The translations under genes and the position numbers were made by a program. DNA of 32,000 nt, from contig NZ_FNDY01000009.1 in NCBI RefSeq assembly GCF_900099895.1, positions 12,025 through 44,024 of the forward strand. Direction: 5' to 3'. Position 1 is the first letter of the stretch. Every line of letters begins with the position of its first letter. Positions 25,591-32,000 of this stretch are shown piece after piece. The notes beneath the pieces are model-generated. The model saw only the letters and a program-made list of their open reading frames with translations. It was not told where the DNA came from and made no database searches. Source of the stretch: Paenibacillus naphthalenovorans (GTDB taxonomy: Bacteria; Bacillota; Bacilli; Paenibacillales; NBRC-103111).

Positions 25591-27240
25591 CTAAGGGGTA
25601 GGAACCACCGTCTTGGCCATGGCCGCAATGCCCTGCTGCAGAATCTCCCTGCGGGTTGCCGGCGGAAGGACGTCGCCCTGCAATTGATCGTAAGGCACGG
25701 CAACCCAACTGTCGTCGCCCCACAGGCGCTCCCCCGCCATATCTTTCATCTGGCTGGATCGCTCCGACAGCAGAACGCCCAAGTCCAGCAGCCACGAGTG
25801 ATTAAGCAGCTTTTCCTCCCTTGCCGCATTGGCGTACCGCTTGCGGGACTCCCAGAACAGACGCAGGTCTGTCTTCGCAAGACCTGGCAGAAGGATGTCA
25901 AGATAGCTGGTCAAGTGATCGAAAAATTCATGATGAAAAGTCCGCAATGTGGCTTCATCCGAGTCGAGGAGGTGCTTGTTCATCGTATCCGCCAGCTTTC
26001 GGTCCACGGACTCATTCCATACGTATCGCGGCGCGTGAATATGGACCTCGGCGTAATCCGTCTTGAACCCTTCCACTAGCCCCGACCATTCTTCCGTATG
26101 GTCAAGCCAGTCGGATAAGATCTGACGCCACTTGTTAAGCGGCTCACCCGGCAGTACCTGCACCCCGGGATGGGTCAGCTTGGCTAGATTGTAAAGCGTA
26201 AAATTCCGGGCCTTCGAACTGACGGTTTCGTGCGGCGCCCCCGTGAATCCGCACGGACGCAGAGCCCTGAATAAAGTCCGCCCCGAGTCGTGAGCGGCAA
26301 AGCGTACGAAGGAGTCGGCCAGAAACTTGTTGGTCACCTGCAGCCGCAGCCCTTGCCGCACCGCCGGCACGCCCAAGTCTGTATACCGGCTGATTCGCTG
26401 CCAGACGTGCTCCATATTGGCTACGAAGAAGCCTCCGGTGAAAGGGTTGGCGTACAAGTCTCCCCACACTTGCGTGACGCCTTTATTCTTGTCATCGTCA
26501 ATCATGCAGTCGAGCTCGTTAAGGGTGGCGAATAGGCTCGCACCCCGGTACTTCTCGTCGTCGGCGCTGCACGGCATCACGCCAACGCCAATGACAGGCA
26601 CACGCCGGCCGAAGTGAACCGTAGAGAGGTGCCGTGCCAAATCTACAGCGATTCCGCTGCCGGTGCCGCCTCCCATGGAAAAGCAGACCAGCACCATCGA
26701 CGGCAACCGCGTCTGGTCCACACTCTGGACGAAGTCCTTCAGCTCCCGCTTAAGAAGCTGCGGACCATCATAGTAGTTTTTACCGTAAATGGCTTTGGCC
26801 AATGCCCTCGGAAAATGCTCGCCGGGCTTAGGAATCTCGATGTTATCCGGAAGCCAGGGTTCGTAGTCGGGATTCCAATCATACCGGAGAAATTCGCGCT
26901 TGAGAAATTCAGGATAGCGCGCCAGCGAGCCGAATAATTCCTCTTTGCTTGGTACCTCGAGCGAAACCGTGCGGATACGGGCGCGATCCCGCGGAATGTT
27001 GCGCTCCTCCAGGCGTTCCAGAAAGCCTTGGGCATAGTCCCGGGCCCGAACCATGTCCTGCTCGCCGATATCGATGGCCAGCGCCGAAAAACGGGCGCGG
27101 GGATCCTCCAGAAGATCCTCGACCTCCCCCTCGCGCAGCATCGCGTCCACAAAACCTACCCCCGTTCGACCGATTCCCACGACGTGTATGCTGTGAGGGG
27201 ACTGCATACCGGAAGCACTGTGATACATTGAAAAACTCAT
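25591..27240 (-). CDS. Tubulin/FtsZ-signature protein, paralog B (549 aa)
   Basis: An exact GGGTGSG signature is encoded at 26653-26673. An N-terminal glycine loop HVVGIGRTGVGFV precedes it. KPGEHFPRALAKAIYG is T3-like. VIGVGVMPCSADDEKYRGASLFATLNELDCM parallels FtsZ VGVVT.PF.FEG..R. The protein aligns with the 27687-29192 product. The functional call is an inference. Confidence 0.6.
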   Translation of the reverse strand: MSFSMYHSASGMQSPHSIHVVGIGRTGVGFVDAMLREGEVEDLLEDPRARFSALAIDIGEQDMVRARDYAQGFLERLEERNIPRDRARIRTVSLEVPSKEELFGSLARYPEFLKREFLRYDWNPDYEPWLPDNIEIPKPGEHFPRALAKAIYGKNYYDGPQLLKRELKDFVQSVDQTRLPSMVLVCFSMGGGTGSGIAVDLARHLSTVHFGRRVPVIGVGVMPCSADDEKYRGASLFATLNELDCMIDDDKNKGVTQVWGDLYANPFTGGFFVANMEHVWQRISRYTDLGVPAVRQGLRLQVTNKFLADSFVRFAAHDSGRTLFRALRPCGFTGAPHETVSSKARNFTLYNLAKLTHPGVQVLPGEPLNKWRQILSDWLDHTEEWSGLVEGFKTDYAEVHIHAPRYVWNESVDRKLADTMNKHLLDSDEATLRTFHHEFFDHLTSYLDILLPGLAKTDLRLFWESRKRYANAAREEKLLNHSWLLDLGVLLSERSSQMKDMAGERLWGDDSWVAVPYDQLQGDVLPPATRREILQQGIAAMAKTVVPTP

Positions 27241-27243
27241 CGT

Positions 27244-27288
27244 TTAACCTCTCCTTTCGTTCCTGTGGTACAGCGTTGAGAAACTCAT
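27244..27288 (-). CDS. Candidate 14-codon upstream ORF that duplicates the 5' end of the following gene
   Basis: ATGAGTTTCTCAACGCTGTACCACAGG... encodes MSFSTLYHRNERRG, with AGGAG 10 nt upstream. The stop TAA lies 3 nt before the main ATG. The main gene begins ATGAGTTTTTCAATGTATCACAG (MSFSMYH). Confidence 0.3.
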   Translation of the reverse strand: MSFSTLYHRNERRG

Positions 27289-27337
27289 GATTTCGCATCT
27301 CCTGTCCATTGGCGAACGGGCGGCAGCTTTCGTTGTC

Positions 27338-27673
27338 TCAGCACCACGCGCTCCTGGAGGTAAAGCCCGTATCCTCATCGAGAAACCCGAGGTCGTGAAG
27401 GATATGGGCAGCGGAGGTCGCACGGTCATCCACGATGTACACCCGGTAATCCTCAACAAACAGGCCCGGATCTCTTGAAATGACGCCTTCCTCGATTAAC
27501 CTCACGCCTTCCTCCAGGTGGCTGCGCTTCACAGCGGATGTCCACAGGGGGGTTCGAATGTAAATTTGTTCATCGTCCACGCCCGTCACCTGCAGCGTCT
27601 TCCTCCCCGCGACGGTGGGAACCTGGGCTCCCTTGCCGTACTTTTGCTTCACCAACGACCAGTTTAGCGGCAT
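27338..27673 (-). CDS. 111-aa orphan protein between the two tubulin-like genes
   Basis: The track ORF 27338-27892 overlaps the upstream gene. The real start is probably ATG 27673, 8 nt after TAAGGAGG, whose TAA is the upstream stop. The translation is MPLNWSLVKQKYGKGAQVPTVAGRKTLQVTGVDDEQIYIRT... I recognise no family. Confidence 0.6.
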   Translation of the reverse strand: MPLNWSLVKQKYGKGAQVPTVAGRKTLQVTGVDDEQIYIRTPLWTSAVKRSHLEEGVRLIEEGVISRDPGLFVEDYRVYIVDDRATSAAHILHDLGFLDEDTGFTSRSAWC

Positions 27674-27686
27674 GGCAGATACCTCC

Positions 27687-29192
27687 TTACAAGATGGCCT
27701 GGGGCAATTCTTCTCCCCGAATGGCTTCGTAGGGCACGACAATCCAGCAGGCGCAGCCCCAAAGACACTCACCGGCCATGCCTTCAAACCGCAGCGCCGG
27801 CTCGCACAGGAGCACCCCCAGGTCCAATAGCCAGGAATGAACCATGAGCTTATCTGTCCATGACAGCTGATCGTAGTCTTTCCGGGCGGCATGGAAGACC
27901 TGCAGATCCGTTTTCCTGACCCTCGGAAGCACGTACTGAACGAACGTGCCGCCCTTGCTCTTCGACCGCACCATTTCCGGCGGGTTCACAGGCGCGAAGA
28001 CTTCGTTTAGCTTTCCGGCGACAGCGGCCAGTTCACTATCCAGATTCGCACCCTCCGGGGCAGCCACCCGCATTTCCAGAAAATCCGCCTTGTAACTATC
28101 CTTCAAGCCCAGTTGAGAGGCCGATACCCCTTTTTCCGGATCTCCATATCCAAGCACGTGTATCCAGCGCTCGCCATATTGCGTGCGTGCTGCCGCGTGT
28201 TGGGTTGGCGGCGCCCCGATCCAGTTGAGCAGACGGAGCGTTTCCCAGAGGTCGGTACCCTTATTCCGGGTAAGGAAACTGGCGATTTCCCGGTCTACCC
28301 GCTGGTGGGTTGCCTGAAGATTCCCGGTGCTTTCCCAAGCCGGCTGCTGCGGCACCATAATAAACCCGGCGGTAAAGGGGTTTCGATACAGGTCGCCCCA
28401 AACCTGAATAACCCCTTCGTTCTTATCCTGATCCAGCATGCAATCCAGCTCATTGAGCGCCGGAAAGAGCTGGCTGCCGCGAACTTCTTCGGGATCGCCT
28501 TCGCACGGCGCAATGCCTACACCCAGCACAAGGCTGCGGCGTCCGAACCGGACGTTGGACAAATGGCGGGCAAGATCCACTACGATACCGCTGCCTGTAC
28601 CGCCGCCCAGTCCAAATACAACGCACACGACAGATTTACTGTCGGCGGCCTCCACGCTCTGCGCAAAGAGGTTGAGTTCTTCCAGCAGGGGCCGTGACTC
28701 ATTGTAATAGCCATGTCCATAAATAGCCTTGGCCAATGCCCGCGGAACGTGCTCTCCGGGCTTGGGCATCTCGATGTCCGCCGGAAGCCAGGGTTCATAG
28801 TTGGGATTCCAGTAATACCGTGGATATTCCAGCTTCAGATACTCCCGATAGCGGCGCAGCATGGCAAAAAGTTCGTCCCGGGAGGGAACCTGCAGGGCGC
28901 ATGTCCGCACCTGCACCTGGTCTTGCGGCAGCTTGCCGGCCAGTTCCCGGATGGGCGCCAGGTTCTCGTCACTTGTGTCGACAGCCAGAGCCGTAAAGCG
29001 TACACGACTGTCTTCAAGCAAGTCGTCGACGCCATCATGGAGCATCTCCCCGATGACGTCGGCGCCGGCCTTACCCAGGCCGATGACATGTACGGCTACG
29101 GGAGTAGAGTCCTCCTTGGCAATCCGGTGAAAGCCGCGCTTGAGCGCATCGAATCGCCGCTTCTCTACTTGAGAGATTTGTCGTTTTTCCAT
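27687..29192 (-). CDS. Tubulin/FtsZ-signature protein, paralog A (501 aa)
   Basis: An exact GGGTGSG signature is encoded at 28587-28607. An N-terminal glycine loop HVIGLGKAGADVIGEML precedes it. KPGEHVPRALAKAIYG is T3-like. VLGVGIAPCEGDPEEVRGSQLFPALNELDCM parallels the FtsZ S5/T5/H5 region. AGGAGGAG Shine-Dalgarno. First gene after the sigma-54 promoter. Confidence 0.6.
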   Translation of the reverse strand: MEKRQISQVEKRRFDALKRGFHRIAKEDSTPVAVHVIGLGKAGADVIGEMLHDGVDDLLEDSRVRFTALAVDTSDENLAPIRELAGKLPQDQVQVRTCALQVPSRDELFAMLRRYREYLKLEYPRYYWNPNYEPWLPADIEMPKPGEHVPRALAKAIYGHGYYNESRPLLEELNLFAQSVEAADSKSVVCVVFGLGGGTGSGIVVDLARHLSNVRFGRRSLVLGVGIAPCEGDPEEVRGSQLFPALNELDCMLDQDKNEGVIQVWGDLYRNPFTAGFIMVPQQPAWESTGNLQATHQRVDREIASFLTRNKGTDLWETLRLLNWIGAPPTQHAAARTQYGERWIHVLGYGDPEKGVSASQLGLKDSYKADFLEMRVAAPEGANLDSELAAVAGKLNEVFAPVNPPEMVRSKSKGGTFVQYVLPRVRKTDLQVFHAARKDYDQLSWTDKLMVHSWLLDLGVLLCEPALRFEGMAGECLWGCACWIVVPYEAIRGEELPQAIL

Positions 29193-29388
29193 GGTATCTC
29201 CTCCTGAATCTTTCGTTTAAAATTTGAGTTCATCCGATCGAATAAACACCAGCCCCCGCAACCTCCATGCATCACCCCTTTTCAAGTTCGTGTTCGGGTT
29301 CTGCCGCGTCTACTGGATCATAGTATGGTCCCCCTCCTCCGGCATCGACAATGAAAGGCCGGTATTTAGGCTTTCAGTATATTTATAT

Positions 29389-29404
29389 AGCAATTTTCAT
29401 GCCA
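29389..29404 (-). promoter_or_regulatory. Sigma-54 (-24/-12) promoter
   Basis: The minus strand reads TGGCATGAAAATTGCT. This has the GG and GC elements at the canonical spacing (consensus TGGCAC-N5-TTGCW). It lies about 197 nt upstream of ATG 29192 and faces away from a sigma-54 activator gene. Confidence 0.7.
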
Positions 29405-29497
29405 AACTTTTTGGAATCCCTTGTTTTCAAATCTTTTTTTGAAAAAAACAAAAAAAGAAATCTTAAAATACGCCAATTTTGAGATAATTTTTATAAC

Positions 29498-29511
29498 ATA
29501 TAACGTTATAT
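29498..29511. promoter_or_regulatory. 14-bp perfect palindrome, candidate upstream activator site
   Basis: ATATAACGTTATAT lies about 95-110 bp upstream of the -24 element. The T7-G-A7 / A-tract segment at 29434-29458 lies between the two. Confidence 0.4.
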
Positions 29512-29574
29512 ATTTATTATTTTTTCTTTTTTACATCCTATAAAAAACAAAAACCTATGTATTGGACAATTTTA

Positions 29575-29583
29575 TGTTATAAT
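29575..29583 (+). promoter_or_regulatory. Candidate extended -10 promoter for the activator gene
   Basis: TGTTATAAT fits TGnTATAAT. There is no good -35 element at 17 nt. Confidence 0.3.
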
Positions 29584-29706
29584 AACTGACAAAGTGTTCC
29601 GTTGTTGTTCTAAATGATGATACACAGTTAATACAATGAATGGACACTTCCGACTATATCTGCACACTTTAAACCACTTTATATTTTTAAAGGAGCGTGA
29701 ATAGAT

Positions 29707-32000
29707 ATGGACACAAAGGGTAAGGAACTAAAGGTTGGCATTCTATTCTCCCTCACAGGGCCTACGAGCATAACAGAGCGGGGCCAATGCCAGGCCAGTT
29801 TGCTGGCGATCAGACAAATCAATGAACAAGGCGGTATTCATGGCAAGCGGCTGGTCCCTATCGTTGAAGATATTGCGTCCGATCCTTACCTTGCAGCGCA
29901 AAAAGCGGAAAAATTAATCTTGTCGGACCAAGTCATCGCCATTATCGGATTATATACCTCTGCTTGCCGTAAAATGGTCATTCCCGTTTTGGAAAAATAT
30001 GATAGACTGCTTTTTTATCCAACCCTATACGAAGGAGCGGAACAACACCGGAACATCTTCTACTGCGGTCCACTTCCCAATCAACAGCTGCTTCACTTCA
30101 TCCCCTGGATTATCACCCACTTGGGCAAAACGTTTTATTTAATCGGTTCGGATTATATATACCCAAGGGAAACCAACCGGTATATCAGAAACTTGGTCCA
30201 AAGCTATGGAGGCACCATATTGGATGAAAAATATGTCGGCTTGGGCGATCAAAAATTCAGTCCGCATATGCAGCAAATCCGCCGGATCAATCCGGATGTC
30301 ATCTTTTCGACTCTCGTTGGAAACAGTGCAGGCGCTTTTTATCAACAGCACCATCAATACGCTTTAAAACAGCACATTGCCAGCTCCATTACGGCCGAAA
30401 CCGAAATTACCGCCATCCAGCCTTCCTATACGGTCGGTCTTTTTTCAAGCTTCCCTTACTTTAATACGGTTGAAAACCCGGTCAATCAACAGTTTGTCGC
30501 GGAATATCGCCGCACTTACGGTACAGATACGATAAGCTCCGTTATGGAAAACGCCTATAACTCTGTTTTTTTGCTGGCAAAAGCACTACGCAGCACCCGG
30601 ACGGTTTCCACCGACGCGATCCGTCGTTCATTATCCGGTCTCGCTCTCGAAGCGCCGCAAGGCCAAATTATAGTCGATGAGAAAAATCAGCATTTATGGT
30701 TGAACTCGCGAATAGGCCGGGTCGATGAAAAATGCCGGTTTCAAATTGTGTGGGAATCCGATTCCCCCCTGCCCCCCGTTCCGTTTTTTGAAATAGAGGA
30801 AAAGAAAACGAAAACCGTTCCGAACGAGCTGCCCAAGGACATGCTGGAGAAACGGCTAACCCGGAATGAATTTCTTTTGAAAGAGTTAAAAAAGGCTACC
30901 CATTTCTATCCTTTTACTTTTGCTTTTTTTGATTCCGAAGGCGTTCTGTTGGATGTATTCCAAAACGGAGCGTCAAAGCATTCGGCAGCCGTTCCGCAGC
31001 TGAAAATCGGCAGCAGCAATTGGATACGCCATCCGCTTAACAAATCAGGCATTGGCCTCGCCCTGACTGGACATACGCTGTCTTATGCATGCTCGGATGA
31101 GCACGAAATACAGGAACTTCAAGATTGGATTACCACAGGGCTGCCCGTGAAAAGTAAATCAGATTCCAGCCGCATGGGGGTACTCGGTGTCTTTATACAT
31201 AAAAACAAGGAAAATGCCATCCCTTTCCTGCTTGAGAGCATGTCCCGTTTAGCGGCCTATTGCGCCGAGCTTACCCATAAACACAACGATTACCTTTCCT
31301 TATCCACGATTCTGCAGGACATATCCGGTCAGCTTTCCAAAAGCTTGTTCGTACTCAAACAGGGGAAAATCCTGTTCCATAATGCATCGGCACAGGATTT
31401 GCTTGCAAGAAAAGGGGATCTTGTGCACATGTCGCTGGCGGAAATCTCATCGGACAACCGGGAAGAGGCCAACTATATCATGAGGACGGAAGACTCCGAC
31501 AGCTTATTCGAAATCGAAATCACCAAAAGCCTCGATTGTCACTATGTTTATTTTAAGCAGCTGGCCCACCGCACTTCCGCCGGTCGAAAGGATAAAACCA
31601 AAATGACGACAAAGGATCTTATCGGTTCCAATGAACATTTTCTTCGAACCGTATCATTGGCCAAATCCGCTTCCAAAACCAACGCGAACGTACTGCTTCT
31701 CGGAGAAAGCGGAACCGGCAAAGAGTTGTTTGCACGCGCCATTCATAATGAAAGTTCAAGAAAGGAAAAGCCCTTTGTGGCTATTAACTGCGCCGCCATT
31801 CCAAAAGAGCTTATCAACGCCGAGCTATTCGGATATATGGAGGGGGCTTTTACCGGGGCGAAAAAAGGGGGAAATCCCGGCAAATTTGAAGCCGCGAACG
31901 GAGGAACTCTATTTCTTGATGAAATAGGAGACATGCCTTTTGAACTTCAGGCTACTCTGCTGCGTGTTCTTCAAGAGAAAGAGGTGATCCGGGTAGGAGG
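29707..32000 (+). CDS. AmiC-like amide-sensor domain fused to a sigma-54-dependent transcriptional activator (3' end outside the window)
   Basis: I translated this by hand from ATG 29707 to nt 32000 and found no stop. It is absent from the supplied ORF track. The N-terminal ~360 aa ([36 protein letters not shown]...[12 protein letters not shown]...[12 protein letters not shown]) align with P. aeruginosa AmiC. The C-terminal part has the bEBP AAA+ motifs [25 protein letters not shown] and [10 protein letters not shown]. Confidence 0.85.
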   Translation, partial: MDTKGKELKVGILFSLTGPTSITERGQCQASLLAIRQINEQGGIHGKRLVPIVEDIASDPYLAAQKAEKLILSDQVIAIIGLYTSACRKMVIPVLEKYDRLLFYPTLYEGAEQHRNIFYCGPLPNQQLLHFIPWIITHLGKTFYLIGSDYIYPRETNRYIRNLVQSYGGTILDEKYVGLGDQKFSPHMQQIRRINPDVIFSTLVGNSAGAFYQQHHQYALKQHIASSITAETEITAIQPSYTVGLFSSFPYFNTVENPVNQQFVAEYRRTYGTDTISSVMENAYNSVFLLAKALRSTRTVSTDAIRRSLSGLALEAPQGQIIVDEKNQHLWLNSRIGRVDEKCRFQIVWESDSPLPPVPFFEIEEKKTKTVPNELPKDMLEKRLTRNEFLLKELKKATHFYPFTFAFFDSEGVLLDVFQNGASKHSAAVPQLKIGSSNWIRHPLNKSGIGLALTGHTLSYACSDEHEIQELQDWITTGLPVKSKSDSSRMGVLGVFIHKNKENAIPFLLESMSRLAAYCAELTHKHNDYLSLSTILQDISGQLSKSLFVLKQGKILFHNASAQDLLARKGDLVHMSLAEISSDNREEANYIMRTEDSDSLFEIEITKSLDCHYVYFKQLAHRTSAGRKDKTKMTTKDLIGSNEHFLRTVSLAKSASKTNANVLLLGESGTGKELFARAIHNESSRKEKPFVAINCAAIPKELINAELFGYMEGAFTGAKKGGNPGKFEAANGGTLFLDEIGDMPFELQATLLRVLQEKEVIRVG

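Noticed and set aside
27674-27892. The N-terminal 73 codons of track ORF 27338-27892
   Set aside because: This part overlaps the 3' end of the 501-aa gene in another frame and is Cys/Trp/Pro-rich. An internal ATG at 27673 has a strong Shine-Dalgarno and gives a tight non-overlapping gene.
29193-29300. A 35-codon ORF in the 5' UTR (MHGGCGGWCLFDRMNSNF...) that overlaps the start of the first tubulin-like gene out of frame
   Set aside because: The purine-rich stretch lies only 2-3 nt from its ATG, which is poor spacing. There is no supporting evidence, so it is likely fortuitous.
30139-31934. Short track ORFs (30139-30357 minus, 31548-31742 minus, 31631-31927 plus, 31743-31934 minus)
   Set aside because: All of them lie inside, or antisense to, the continuous AmiC-bEBP reading frame that runs from 29707 to the window end.

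Overview
The window looks like a Bacillales (Paenibacillus-like) chromosomal segment. All functional calls come from reading the translated ORFs and the raw DNA by eye. No database search was run.

Nt 1-15,400 hold mostly ordinary genes:
- the 3' end of a squalene/phytoene-synthase-family gene
- an Fe(III)/thiamine-type ABC importer (binding protein, fused permease, ATPase)
- a barnase/barstar pair, where the barstar 3' end runs directly into a 3'-truncated, ORF-less group II intron fragment
- the qoxABCD aa3 quinol oxidase operon, with Rex/Fnr-type inverted repeats in its leader
- an AI-2E transporter, preceded by a cluster of DnaA boxes
- an MFS transporter
- a YeeE/YedE sulfur-transport gene

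Nt 15,400-32,000 hold the locus worth a second look. A plus-strand gene at 29707 runs off the window and is missing from the supplied ORF track. It encodes an AmiC-like amide-sensor domain fused to a sigma-54 enhancer-binding AAA+ domain.

This gene faces a near-consensus -24/-12 promoter (TGGCAT-N5-TTGCT, nt 29389-29404, minus strand). That promoter heads a roughly 14 kb minus-strand gene string, in this order:
1. two paralogous 501-aa and 549-aa proteins, each with an exact tubulin/FtsZ GGGTGSG signature and FtsZ-like flanking motifs, separated by a 111-aa orphan gene
2. a CobW/COG0523 GTPase
3. a YyaL-type thioredoxin-domain protein
4. two signal-anchored His-rich proteins
5. CbtB
6. a membrane-inserted LonB-architecture AAA+ protein with a HEAT-like N-domain and no recognisable catalytic Ser motif
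7. AmiE aliphatic amidase
8. an intrinsic terminator
9. FmdA formamidase
10. a His-tailed FmdB zinc-ribbon protein

The five promoter-proximal genes are visibly more GC-rich than the rest of the operon and its flanks. I know of no described system that combines a tubulin-like heteropair with amide catabolism and metallochaperone genes, so this is my main candidate for a novel system.
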